Notes: generated by a model not told the origin, from the letters alone. DNA of 64,000 bases from Candidatus Adlerbacteria bacterium (GCA_963749085.1 CAVVLG010000002.1:293033-357032); one strand, 5' to 3'; positions 18,683-28,469 are shown, counted from the first letter of the stretch. Program-made: numbers and translations.

Positions 18683-20887
18683 CTACTTCGCCACCGCCAG
18701 TGCCTCTTCAAACTGTACCGTTAGGAGCTTGGAGACGCCGTCGCTGCCCATGGTGACGCCGTAGAGAATGCCGGCGTGGCTCATAGTCTCGCGGTTATGG
18801 GTTATTAAAATGAGCTGGGATTTGCGCGAGAGGTTCTCTACCATGTCGCCATAGCGGCGCGAGTTTGCCTCATCGAGTGCCGCGTCGGTCTCGTCCAAAA
18901 TAAGGAAGGGAGGCGGATTGACCTGCGACATCGCGAAGATGAGCGCAATGGAGGTGAGTGCCCGCTCCCCTCCTGAGAGCATGTGGAGCCCCTTGATCCG
19001 CTTGTGCGGCAAAGACACGGTGATGTCTATCCCCTCTTCAACTTCGATATCCTCCGGTTCTTCCCCTTCTTCATCCAAAATCTCGAAGCTGGCGCGGCGC
19101 AGTTTTTTCTCTTTCACCAAGGAAAGCGAGACGGTGCCGCCGCCGAACATAAGTCTAAAAAATTCCTCAAATGCTTCATTTATTTTCTTAATACCGTTTG
19201 CAAATCGAGTCTCTAAGGTCGCGGTGAGATCTTCCACCAGTTCACGTAATTTTTTCGCCGAGCTATCAAGATCGATAAGTTCCCGGCTCAGGAATTGATC
19301 GCGCTCGCTCGTCTCGGCGTATTCCTTCAACACCTCGTCTTGATTGCCCCCACCGCTCTCCTCGAGCCTAATTTTCATCCGCTCAAGTTTGCGCCGTCGC
19401 TCATCCTGAAACCCCCGCGCTTCGCCTGAAGCGGATGCTAACAATGGATACTCCTCGTAAGCGAGCGCCTGCTCGCCGGTGAGCGCCACTGCCTCAGCAA
19501 CTTCACGATTGAAATTCTCCTTCTCACGGACGAGTATCTCCTCCTGAGCCCGGAGTGACGCGAGCGCGATTTCAAGCTCCCCACGTCTCGCCATGGCCTG
19601 AAAGAGCTCCCGCTCGGCCTCCCTTGAGGCGTCCTTTTCGCTTTCTATCTTTTTGCGCAACGCTTCGACTGCTTTCCCCACCCGGGCTTCCTCCGCGCTG
19701 AGTTCATGCAATTCTCCTTCAAGCTTTGTTTTTTTAAGCGCCAGGTTTTCCTTCTCTTTAAGCTCCCCCGAGTGCTGACTTAGCATCCGGCGCATAAACT
19801 CTTGTGTCAATACCACGAGTGCGTTGAGCTTCGCTTTGAGCGGCTGACCGTCAAGGAGTAGCGCCGCGTGAAGTTCCTCCTCGACCCGCTCGGCGAAGGT
19901 ACGGGCATGCGAAGCTGGTACTGTCTCCTCCGCATGGGAAATTTTCTCGTGTGCGGCAAGTTCCCCCTCGATGCGGCCGAGTTCGCGCGACGCGACATCC
20001 CGGTGTTCGCGACATCCTCTTCCCCGCGCTTCAAGCTGCATGAGCTCTTGAGTGCCGCGATCTTTGCCATGGGTACGCTCAAGTTCCTCGCGCAAATGTG
20101 CGATGGAAGCTTCGAGGCGTTTATGCTCGCGCTTCGGTTCCTCGCCTTGCGAGCGCAGGGTCTCCCCCGTGCGAGCAATGTACACACTCTCGTATTTGAG
20201 ATACTCACGATACTTAGTAGCAAGCTCGTCGCGCAATTTGTGTGATTCCTCTATTTTCTTCACCTGCGTATGAAGGAACTTCAGATGCGGTGCGAGTTCG
20301 CGGCGAAGACTCTCCACTTTGGCGGTGTTCTCCGCGGTCTTCTCCAATTTCCGCTCGGCCTCTTCCCGCTTATACAAAAAGGCAGTGAGACCCAGCGCAT
20401 CCTCTATCATTTCTCGGCGTTCTTTGATCGAAGCTGTGAGTACCCGATCGGCTTCGCCTTGGGAAATGATGTGATGCCCCGAAGCGCCGATATTAGCTTG
20501 GGCCAAGAGCTCCGCGATGTCGCGCAGACGCACGGAGGAGCCATTGAGAAGATAGTCATTGATGCCGTCGCGGTGGACCACCCGCTCGAGCGCCACTTCG
20601 TCAAAATCAAGATTGAGGGCGCGGTCGGTATTATCGAAGATAAGCTTCACAGAGGCGCGGCCGGCCCGCGGCACTGAGGAAGAACCGTTCCATATGAGGT
20701 CCTCGCCGCGCTTGCCACGCATCGATTTCATCGACTGCTCGCCCAGCACAAAGCGGAACGACTCGGCAATATTGCTCTTCCCGGAGCCATTGGGGCCCAC
20801 AACTGAAGTAATGGCCGAGTTAAACGTAAGACTTGTTTTTTTGGCAAACGATTTGAAGCCTGACAGCTCTATACTTTTTAGCCGCAT
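18683..20887 (-). CDS. smc: SMC-family ATPase, short form (734 aa)
   Basis: LSGFKSFA, Walker A GPNGSGKS, Q-loop ISQG, LSGGE, LILDETDAALD, ITH, with coiled coil between the head halves. Confidence 0.9.
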   Translation of the reverse strand: MRLKSIELSGFKSFAKKTSLTFNSAITSVVGPNGSGKSNIAESFRFVLGEQSMKSMRGKRGEDLIWNGSSSVPRAGRASVKLIFDNTDRALNLDFDEVALERVVHRDGINDYLLNGSSVRLRDIAELLAQANIGASGHHIISQGEADRVLTASIKERREMIEDALGLTAFLYKREEAERKLEKTAENTAKVESLRRELAPHLKFLHTQVKKIEESHKLRDELATKYREYLKYESVYIARTGETLRSQGEEPKREHKRLEASIAHLREELERTHGKDRGTQELMQLEARGRGCREHRDVASRELGRIEGELAAHEKISHAEETVPASHARTFAERVEEELHAALLLDGQPLKAKLNALVVLTQEFMRRMLSQHSGELKEKENLALKKTKLEGELHELSAEEARVGKAVEALRKKIESEKDASREAERELFQAMARRGELEIALASLRAQEEILVREKENFNREVAEAVALTGEQALAYEEYPLLASASGEARGFQDERRRKLERMKIRLEESGGGNQDEVLKEYAETSERDQFLSRELIDLDSSAKKLRELVEDLTATLETRFANGIKKINEAFEEFFRLMFGGGTVSLSLVKEKKLRRASFEILDEEGEEPEDIEVEEGIDITVSLPHKRIKGLHMLSGGERALTSIALIFAMSQVNPPPFLILDETDAALDEANSRRYGDMVENLSRKSQLILITHNRETMSHAGILYGVTMGSDGVSKLLTVQFEEALAVAK

Positions 20888-20907
20888 CGACTGTATTGTA
20901 GCAAATA

Positions 20908-21478
20908 AACCACTCCGGACTGAAAGTCCGGAGTATTCTTTTGTGGTCGTTGGGGTCTGCTGGTTCGGATGGAATCCGAACCTCTCTACTGGTCCAGCAT
21001 GATGAACGTACGGTCTTCGTCTTGTTCCCGCTTGCCCTGTTCGGCGATGTAGTCCCTGACGGTCTTCTCCGTGACACTGCCGGAGGTTGAAACGAAGTAG
21101 CCTATCTGCCAGAAGTGCTGTCCCCAGAATGTTTTTCTGAGCTGGGGGAACTCCAACTGCAGTTTGCGGGAGCTTTCCCCTTTGAGATGTTGGACGATGC
21201 GTGACACGGCTATGTACGGTGGTATTTCGAGCATGAGATGCACATGGTCGGCTCCGATGGCTCCTTTGAGTATGGTGACCTTCTCCCCGCTGAGGATCTG
21301 GCGGATGATCTCGCGCAGTCGGTATCCAATATCGCCTTGCAGTACCTTCTTGCGGTACTTGGTGATCCAGACGATGTGGTAGAGGCAGGAGTAGGTGGTG
21401 TGCGAGGTATGGCGATATTGGCCGCCCATATGCATCTCATCATACTAAAGTCTCGGACTAAAGTCCGGAGTTTTCCTC
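20908..21478 (-). mobile_element. IS200/IS605-family element, tnpA only (ends approximate)
   Basis: Related subterminal hairpins ACTCCGGACT-gaa-AGTCCGGAGT (20912-20934) and TCTCGGACT-aa-AGTCCGGAG (21451-21470) flank tnpA. Confidence 0.85.
20986..21435 (-). CDS. tnpA: Y1 HUH transposase
   Basis: YHIVWITKYRKKVL, HUH motif DHVHL, LKGESS, FWQIGYFV, catalytic Y in DYI..Q. Confidence 0.95.
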   Translation of the reverse strand: MHMGGQYRHTSHTTYSCLYHIVWITKYRKKVLQGDIGYRLREIIRQILSGEKVTILKGAIGADHVHLMLEIPPYIAVSRIVQHLKGESSRKLQLEFPQLRKTFWGQHFWQIGYFVSTSGSVTEKTVRDYIAEQGKREQDEDRTFIMLDQ

Positions 21479-21486
21479 TCTAAGAA

Positions 21487-21519
21487 GAAAAAACACGGCA
21501 TCGCGAAGTGATGCCGTGT
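21487..21519 (-). terminator. Intrinsic terminator of the 21525 ORF
   Basis: ACACGGCATC-loop-GATGCCGTGT preceded by an A-run on the + strand. Confidence 0.7.
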
Positions 21520-21524
21520 CAGGC

Positions 21525-21812
21525 TTATCCGGCGGGATCCAACCCGCCGCCGCAGCCACGCGGGTCAAAGATGACAATGTCACCAAGTTTTATTTTGGTG
21601 CCATCGAAGACCGTCAAATGATAATACTCGAAGTGACCTTCTCTACCCACATAACGGATGGTGATCTCCGTCTTAAGGGGCAGAAAAGGGCCTGCCCCAC
21701 TTTGTGAAGTGTCGTACATCTGAATATCCGCTGCCTCGATCTGTCCTTTAATCGGCATAGGAGCGGTAGGTTGTGCGCACAACGCTGCAACCACTAGCAG
21801 AAATTTTGACAT
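21525..21812 (-). CDS. Orphan protein with a signal-peptide-like N-terminus
   Basis: AGGGAG before MSKFLLVVAALCA, TACAAT upstream, and its own terminator. Confidence 0.5.
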   Translation of the reverse strand: MSKFLLVVAALCAQPTAPMPIKGQIEAADIQMYDTSQSGAGPFLPLKTEITIRYVGREGHFEYYHLTVFDGTKIKLGDIVIFDPRGCGGGLDPAG

Positions 21813-21937
21813 GGGAGAACTCCCTGTGCTTGCCATGTTTATTGTACAAAAAGGAGCAGCCTTTACCAGTCGTTTTTTTTGTAAGCCTACCAAAAAGAAA
21901 AAGGTCGTAGCGCCTCCAATGTGCTACAACCTTTTGT

Positions 21938-22438
21938 TCAGGCTTTGCCCGAAGTCTCAAACAATGCTGAATCCATTGCCTCACGGGCGGATTTGCCCGC
22001 CCAGATTACGAATTGAAAGGCCGGATAGCAGTGCTCGCAGGTATCGAGCGCGGTGCTGAGTATCGTCTCGCATTGTCGATCTGTCGGGATAACACCGCCC
22101 GCCAAGACAAGGGCGTGACGGAACATCACTGCACCATCTTGTGTCCAGACATCGAAATGTCCGATCCATAATTGCTCGTTGATGAGCGGGATGAGCTGTC
22201 GCGTCTCCGAAAGTCGCGTCTCCGGCACTTTCATCTCAAACGCGCACGCAAAGTGCAGCGCCTCGATATCACTCATCCACGTCACTGACACTTGATAATT
22301 GAGCAGCCGACCGGTGACGAGAAAGCCAACCTCGTCCTCGCTCGTACGCTCATATGGCCAGTCGTTGTGGACCGCCATGCGCTCGACAACGTCCAGGGGG
22401 TGTTTCTGCTTCCCGGAACCAAACTCGATCGAACTCAT
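21938..22438 (-). CDS. YbjN-domain protein, alphaproteobacterial type
   Basis: HPLDVVE..NDWPYER..DE, WMSDIEALHFACAF, INEQLWIGHFDVW, YPAFQFVIWAGKSA. SD AGAGGGAG before ATG 22438. Confidence 0.85.
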   Translation of the reverse strand: MSSIEFGSGKQKHPLDVVERMAVHNDWPYERTSEDEVGFLVTGRLLNYQVSVTWMSDIEALHFACAFEMKVPETRLSETRQLIPLINEQLWIGHFDVWTQDGAVMFRHALVLAGGVIPTDRQCETILSTALDTCEHCYPAFQFVIWAGKSAREAMDSALFETSGKA

Positions 22439-22504
22439 TGAGCCGCTCCCTCTCTGTGACCACTGGGGTCGGTTCAAGTTTCTTATTCCGTGAAGACTAT
22501 ACCG

Positions 22505-23194
22505 CTACCACCCCTTTTGCTCAAGTGCGGCTCGTGCAGCCTCCTGCTCGGCTTCCTGTTTTGCCTTGCCTTCGCCCTGCCCCGCTAAGAAGTCTTTAAT
22601 ATAGACGCCGACGACAAATTGCTTATCGTGGTCGGGACCGCTCTCTTTAATGACGGAATAATAAGGGGTCACGCCTTCGATCTCCTGTACTCTCTCCTGG
22701 AGTGCCGATTTCGCATCCTGCCAGAGGCGCTTTTTGACTATCTCGTCGATTTTTGGAAACAGGTGTGTGGAGATAAACTGCCGAGCGACGTCATATCCTT
22801 GATCAAGATAGATGGCGCCGACCAGCGCTTCAAAGGCATTGGCCAAGAGCACGCCGCGCGCTCGACCGGTATCCTTGGCTTCACCACGGCTCAGCAGCAG
22901 ATAATCGTTCATCCCGAGCTCGGTTGCGACCTCTTCGCACGTGATGGCATTCACCAGCGCCGCGCGGTAGGCAGTCAAATCCCCTTCCGATTTGTTGGGA
23001 AATTTTTCATACAGAAAATGAGTTGCAATAAGTTCCAGAACCGCATCGCCCAAAAACTCCAGTCGTTCATTGTGGCCCTGTAATTCGCCACGGTGTTCGT
23101 TGAGATAGGAGCGGTGGGTGAACGCTTGGCGAAGGAGATTGGTATTGTTGAATGAAATGCCGAGTTCTTCTTCAAATGTTTTGAAATCTTTCAT
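22505..23194 (-). CDS. rnc: Ribonuclease III
   Basis: HNERLEFLGDAVL signature plus a C-terminal dsRBD. Confidence 0.97.
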   Translation of the reverse strand: MKDFKTFEEELGISFNNTNLLRQAFTHRSYLNEHRGELQGHNERLEFLGDAVLELIATHFLYEKFPNKSEGDLTAYRAALVNAITCEEVATELGMNDYLLLSRGEAKDTGRARGVLLANAFEALVGAIYLDQGYDVARQFISTHLFPKIDEIVKKRLWQDAKSALQERVQEIEGVTPYYSVIKESGPDHDKQFVVGVYIKDFLAGQGEGKAKQEAEQEAARAALEQKGW

Positions 23195-23197
23195 GTG

Positions 23198-24106
23198 TTA
23201 TTTCTGCTTCGTTAATTTCTGCATAGCCCGGGTGACTATGGGAAGTACATCTTCGTAAAAATTAAGATCCAAGGCATCTTGCATGCGGAACCATCGCGCA
23301 TCGTCGAGGCCACCGGTTTGCTTGAGCTTAATGTCGGTGTATGGCGACTCGGCCAAAAAATAGGACACCTGTTTGCGCTTCTTACCGACGACGGGGTCGG
23401 AGGCGATGTATTCATTCTCGCCTATGCTTTCCTTCAGCGTGATGTCGAGATTCATTTCTTCCTTTATTTCGCGAACCGTTCCCTCTTCGACCGTCTCTTT
23501 GGCAAACTCTTTTTTGTCCCCTATTTTCCCCTTCGAGAGCGTCCAGTGTCCGAAAATGTCATGTACGAAGGCGAGATATACTTCGCCGCCGACTTTTGCA
23601 TACACCACGGCACCGCCGAGCTTCTCCACGGGCATTTGCTCGTACGGAACATCTTTTTTCTTTTTTGAAACTTCGTCCTTACCGGGTTCACCGAGCTCCT
23701 TGTAGACGGCACCCAAGACGCCGTTGACAAAGCGGCCGCTGTTCTCGCCTCCGAAACTTTTCGCGAGCTCTATGGCCTCGTTAATAGCGACTTTAGCCGG
23801 CACCTTGTCGCGGTCGGCAAACAGCAACTCATAGAGCCCGAGCCGCAGCACGTTGCGATCAACCGGAGCAATCCGTGAGAGCGGCCATTCGGGCGCCGCT
23901 TTTTCTATCACCAAATCTAAATCGCTTTTGCGCGAGAGAACTCCTTTGCAGAGTTCCTGCATGAACGGCAGATCGCCCGCCGAGGGCGCAAATTCCCCCG
24001 CGTTGCGCTCAAGTGCATCCATCGCCACACCAGTGCTGGTATTGCGAAAGTCCCACTCGAAGAGCGTCTGCAAGACGACTGATCGTGAAAGGTGCCTGTT
24101 TGCCAT
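23198..24106 (-). CDS. nusB: NusB fused to a C-terminal Nudix domain
   Basis: MANRHLSR, VDRNVLRLG and VAINEAIELAK..FVNGVLG, followed by WTLSKGK..ETVEEGTVREIKEEMNL. Confidence 0.9.
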   Translation of the reverse strand: MANRHLSRSVVLQTLFEWDFRNTSTGVAMDALERNAGEFAPSAGDLPFMQELCKGVLSRKSDLDLVIEKAAPEWPLSRIAPVDRNVLRLGLYELLFADRDKVPAKVAINEAIELAKSFGGENSGRFVNGVLGAVYKELGEPGKDEVSKKKKDVPYEQMPVEKLGGAVVYAKVGGEVYLAFVHDIFGHWTLSKGKIGDKKEFAKETVEEGTVREIKEEMNLDITLKESIGENEYIASDPVVGKKRKQVSYFLAESPYTDIKLKQTGGLDDARWFRMQDALDLNFYEDVLPIVTRAMQKLTKQK

Positions 24107-24157
24107 TTTCAAAGAAAGAACTGCTGCCCCGAACTGTACCAAAAAGAACTCTTTATT

Positions 24158-24388
24158 CTAAGCCTTACCGGCTTTCGCGGCGCGCTTCTCGCGTCTCTGC
24201 GCCCGAGCGGCTGCCTTGCTTGCCAAGTCAACCGCTACCCGCCCATTATACCTCCCGCACACAGGGCACGCACGGTGGGATACGCGCATAGTGCCGCATT
24301 CGCATTTCATGAGCGACTGGGCCTTTAGCGCGTGATGAGAACGGCGGCTAGCCGTCTGCGAGCGGTTATGTCTCATCCTGACAACCAT
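24158..24388 (-). CDS. rpmF: 50S ribosomal protein L32
   Basis: RRSHHAL..CECG..HRACPVCGRY. Start MVVRMR lies 7 nt after TACAGT. Confidence 0.93.
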   Translation of the reverse strand: MVVRMRHNRSQTASRRSHHALKAQSLMKCECGTMRVSHRACPVCGRYNGRVAVDLASKAAARAQRREKRAAKAGKA

Positions 24389-24469
24389 GTCAGACACTGT
24401 AGCAAATAAGGGTTACAAAGACAAACCCCCGCCGTGTATGAGCAGGCGGGGGTTACGTTGACCGAGAGC

Positions 24470-24676
24470 TTAAGCTACCCGGGTTATTTCTTTGGGAGAG
24501 AAATCTTTGCATGATTCCGGGGTGCTTGGGACTTTTCGAGCTGTTCCCATGCACATAACCTCTCGTGGAGTTTTCCCCCTTGACGGAAAGATGAGATCCT
24601 CTCCGCCGTTCTCACAAACGCAACAGGGACACGTTGCATGTCCGACTTGGTTGGCCGTAGAACTGTTGCAACCCAT
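24470..24676 (-). CDS. Orphan Cys-rich microprotein (68 aa)
   Basis: TTGACC-17-TAGAAT (24748-24776), SD AGGGAG, terminator at about 24423-24454, and CPCCVC motif. Confidence 0.55.
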   Translation of the reverse strand: MGCNSSTANQVGHATCPCCVCENGGEDLIFPSRGKTPREVMCMGTARKVPSTPESCKDFSPKEITRVA

Positions 24677-24765
24677 TCTTTTCTCCCTAGTATAGTGTGA
24701 ACAGTGTGAACTTTGAATGCACTCGACAGAACGAAAACTAACTGTTCATTCTACTCCCTTTCCAC

Positions 24766-25371
24766 TCATTGGTCAATCCGGCTTGTACTCCAACTTTTTC
24801 GGTGGATATCACATAATCCATACTTCTCTATCGCTGCATAATGGGCACGGGTCGGATAGCCTTTGTGATGTTCAAAGCCGTACAGAGGATATTTCTCAGC
24901 GGCGAGGAGCATAAGCCTATCTCGTTCGACTTTAGCCGCGATGGAAGCCAGCGAGATGACCGGCACTAACTCGTCGCCTTTGATTATCGTCTGCTGTTGA
25001 AATTGCGGCGGGGCGTGGAGGAGGCCATCGAGCAGAATTTCTATGGTAGGGGTTTCGTCCTCGATTAATGAAACCAGTTTTCGTACACCTCTATATATGG
25101 AGCGATGAACCGCCTTGGTGATACCAACTTTGTCTATCATTGCCGCAGAAGAAAATTCAACCGTGTAGCGCACGACGCCGTTGTCTTGAAAGACATTTAG
25201 CTGCTCATAGAGAGATTCGCGCAGTTGCGGAGTAACTTTTTTGGAGTCGTTTACTCCCTTAAAATATCTGCGTATCGGCAGTCCCTGCCGAATCATCACC
25301 ACACCCACGGCCACGGGACCCGCCAAGGGCGCACGTCCCGCTTCGTCAACGCCGATAATAACCCTCCTCAT
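24766..25371 (-). CDS. rnhB: Ribonuclease HII
   Basis: GVDEAGR..LAGPV, DSKK, IIKGD, ASIAAKVERD, HKGYPT. Confidence 0.96.
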   Translation of the reverse strand: MRRVIIGVDEAGRAPLAGPVAVGVVMIRQGLPIRRYFKGVNDSKKVTPQLRESLYEQLNVFQDNGVVRYTVEFSSAAMIDKVGITKAVHRSIYRGVRKLVSLIEDETPTIEILLDGLLHAPPQFQQQTIIKGDELVPVISLASIAAKVERDRLMLLAAEKYPLYGFEHHKGYPTRAHYAAIEKYGLCDIHRKSWSTSRIDQ

Positions 25372-25430
25372 CTACGCCATTATATCAAGGTTGGCTCAAG
25401 CTCCTTCTGCGGGAGTATACTGCTCAGTGT

Positions 25431-28400
25431 ATGGCCGCGAAGTTTACTCACCTCCACGTTCACTCGCACTATTCGCTGCTGAAGGCGCTTCCCAAAATAC
25501 CCGATTTGGTGAAGAAGGCGCAGGAAGTTGGTTTAGACACGCTGGCGCTGACCGACATCGACAATCTCTACGGCGCCATCGAGTTTTATAAAGAATGTAA
25601 AGCCGCAGGGATAAAACCCATTATTGGTGTCGATGCGAGTATTGAGGGCGGCCGACTGCTACTCTTGGCCGAAAATGAAATGGGATACAAGAATCTGCTC
25701 GCGCTCGTAACGGAATCCCATTTAGCAGAGAAGCCCAATATAATCATGACACGCGAAATGCTCAATGCGCATGTCGCGGGGCTTATTGCCGTCGTTCCTA
25801 ACAACTATCGTGGAAAAATGGACGAGTACGCAAAGCTATTCGGCAAAGGACATTTCTATACTAACGCGGCGCTGCGAGAAATTTTCTATCTTAAACCTGA
25901 CGATAGGCGCGCCTGGGAGACGCTGCGCGCGATAGAAAACCGCGGAATCCAGGATAGCAACAACCTCGATTCGGAAGAGGAAGTATATTTCTTTCCTGCC
26001 GAGGCCCAGATGGAAGAATACTTCACTAGCAATCCCGAGGCACTTCAAGAGACCCTTGAGATAGCTTCGAGGTGTAATCTCGAAATACCTCTGGGCACCT
26101 GGGTATTTCCCGATCTTGCACTTCCCAAAGGAGTGACACCAAATGAAGAGCTGCGCCGACTGATAGAAGAAGGGCTCACGCGAAAAAAAATGAGCGGAGA
26201 GGCCGTGCGAGAGCGCATCGAGTATGAATTCGGCATTATCACATCCAAGGGCTATGCGCCATATTTTTTGGTGGTCGCCGATTTGCTGCGTTTCGCGCGC
26301 AAACATGGGATACTAACCACCATCCGCGGCTCGGTCGCCGGCTCCCTCATCACGTATTGTTTGGATGTCACTAACGTCAATCCGCTTGAGTACAACATTC
26401 CGTTTGAGCGGTTCCTCAACCCCGAACGCCCCAGCGCCCCGGACATCGACATGGACTTCGCCGATAATCGGCGCGATGAAGTCATCGAATACACTCGTAA
26501 AAAATATGGCGAGGATAAGGTGGCGCAAATAGGAACCTTCGGCACCATGCTCGCGCGAGGCGTCGTGCGCGACGTCGCGCGGGCGCTCGGCTACGCCTAC
26601 GGCATCGGCGACCGCATTGCGAGAGAAATTCCCTTCGGCTCGCAAGGCTTTCCAATGACCCTTGAGCGGGCGCTCGCGGAGAATCCAGAGCTCGCGAAGA
26701 TATACAAGGGGGAGGAGGACGTGCGGGAGATAATAGATCTCGGCAGGAAAATAGAAGGCTGCGCGCGGCATATTTCGGTCCATGCCGCAGGTGTCGTTAT
26801 AGCGCCAAGGCCTCTGGTTGAGTTCGCCCCCATACAAAAAGACCCCAAGGGCGGTAAGCTCATTACGCAATATGACATGTACTCGATAGAAGAAGCGGGA
26901 CTACTCAAATTCGATTTTCTCGGCATCCGCAATCTCGCCATTCTTGCCCACTCGGTTGAATTGGTAGAGGCGACGCGCGGCAAGAACCTAGATATAGAGA
27001 ACGTACCCCTGAACGACAGAAAAACGTTCGAGATGCTTGCGCGCGGTGAGACCGAAGGCACCTTCCAACTAAACGGTGCCGGCATGACACGGTTCCTTAA
27101 AGAACTGCGGCCAACCACCATATATGATATTAACGCCATGGTGGCGCTCTTCCGCCCTGGTCCCATGGAATCCATTCCGGCCTACATTGAGCGCAAACAC
27201 AACCCCGCGTTGGTATCGTACCTTGACCCACGCATGAAAGAATATTTAGGCGCCTCCTACGGGCTTCTGGTGTATCAGGACGATGTGCTTCTCACTGCAA
27301 TAAAAATCGCCGGGTACTCGTGGCTCGAAGCTGACAAACTACGTAAAGCCATGGGCAAGAAAATCCCGATAGAGATGGAGGCCCAAAAAGAGAAGTTCAC
27401 CGCCGGCGCCGCAGCAAACGGCATGAGCGAGAAAGAAGCACAAACCCTCTGGAAGCTCATTGAGCCTTTCGCCGCCTACGGCTTCGGCAAGGCGCACGCA
27501 GCAAGTTACGGTAAAGTGGCGTACCAAACCGCGTACATGAAAGCAAACTTCCCCGTGGAATATATGGCCGCCGTGCTCACCGCCGAGGCGGGTGATATTG
27601 ATACCGTCTCCGTTATGGTTGCAGAGTGCAAGCGTATGGGCATCTCCGTACTGCCACCTGACGTAAACGAAAGCTTCGGCGATTTCACCGTCGTCTTGGG
27701 AGCAAGTAAAGAACGGACGGCAAAGGCCGCAGCGCTGGCGCAAAGTGCTGACCAGGACGCTATCCGTTTCGGTCTCTATTCTATAAAAAACTTCGGTCGC
27801 GGTATTGCTGACGCGATACTTTCCGAACGCAAGCTGAACGGAAGATATGTCACGCTTGCGGACTTTCTCTCCCGCGTGAAGGACCAGAATCTCAACAAAA
27901 AGGCGCTCGAGAGCCTCATTGAGTGTGGCGCGCTTGATCAGCTCGGCGAGCGCGGAACAATGCTTTTCTCTATCGAAATACTTTTGGAGTTCCATCGCGA
28001 CGCGGTCAAGGAGCAATCGCATGAATCACTTTTTGCAGGTCTGAACTCCAGTGCAAGCGAGCTGAAATTGCCGCCAGTCGCTCCGGCGACGCTCAGTGAG
28101 CGTCTGGCATGGGAGAAGGAATTGCTCGGTCTCTACGTTTCGGGTCATCCGCTTGACCGCTTTAGAGAAAAGCTTGCTAAGCGGCCAATGACACTCAGTG
28201 AGTTGAAACTGAGAGTTCCGCCCGGCATGACCGCAATTGCCGCCGGTATGATAGAGGACATCCGCACTATACTTACTAAAAGTGGCGACCAGATGGCGTT
28301 TATAAAGCTGGCCGATTTCGATGGCTCAATTGAGGCGGTTGTATTTCCGAAGAGTTTTGCTGAGTATAAAAATATTTTGAAACCCGAGAGTTGTGTCGCG

Positions 28401-28469
28401 CTCAAAGGACGTCTGAGCAACCGAAACGGTGAACTTTCCTTAGTTACTGAAGCACTCAAGGCTCTCTAA
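25431..28469 (+). CDS. dnaE: DNA polymerase III alpha subunit
   Basis: HLHVHSHYS PHP start, RGSVAGS, FERFLNPERPSAPDIDMD, KFDFLG, C-terminal OB fold. Confidence 0.97.
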   Translation: MAAKFTHLHVHSHYSLLKALPKIPDLVKKAQEVGLDTLALTDIDNLYGAIEFYKECKAAGIKPIIGVDASIEGGRLLLLAENEMGYKNLLALVTESHLAEKPNIIMTREMLNAHVAGLIAVVPNNYRGKMDEYAKLFGKGHFYTNAALREIFYLKPDDRRAWETLRAIENRGIQDSNNLDSEEEVYFFPAEAQMEEYFTSNPEALQETLEIASRCNLEIPLGTWVFPDLALPKGVTPNEELRRLIEEGLTRKKMSGEAVRERIEYEFGIITSKGYAPYFLVVADLLRFARKHGILTTIRGSVAGSLITYCLDVTNVNPLEYNIPFERFLNPERPSAPDIDMDFADNRRDEVIEYTRKKYGEDKVAQIGTFGTMLARGVVRDVARALGYAYGIGDRIAREIPFGSQGFPMTLERALAENPELAKIYKGEEDVREIIDLGRKIEGCARHISVHAAGVVIAPRPLVEFAPIQKDPKGGKLITQYDMYSIEEAGLLKFDFLGIRNLAILAHSVELVEATRGKNLDIENVPLNDRKTFEMLARGETEGTFQLNGAGMTRFLKELRPTTIYDINAMVALFRPGPMESIPAYIERKHNPALVSYLDPRMKEYLGASYGLLVYQDDVLLTAIKIAGYSWLEADKLRKAMGKKIPIEMEAQKEKFTAGAAANGMSEKEAQTLWKLIEPFAAYGFGKAHAASYGKVAYQTAYMKANFPVEYMAAVLTAEAGDIDTVSVMVAECKRMGISVLPPDVNESFGDFTVVLGASKERTAKAAALAQSADQDAIRFGLYSIKNFGRGIADAILSERKLNGRYVTLADFLSRVKDQNLNKKALESLIECGALDQLGERGTMLFSIEILLEFHRDAVKEQSHESLFAGLNSSASELKLPPVAPATLSERLAWEKELLGLYVSGHPLDRFREKLAKRPMTLSELKLRVPPGMTAIAAGMIEDIRTILTKSGDQMAFIKLADFDGSIEAVVFPKSFAEYKNILKPESCVALKGRLSNRNGELSLVTEALKAL

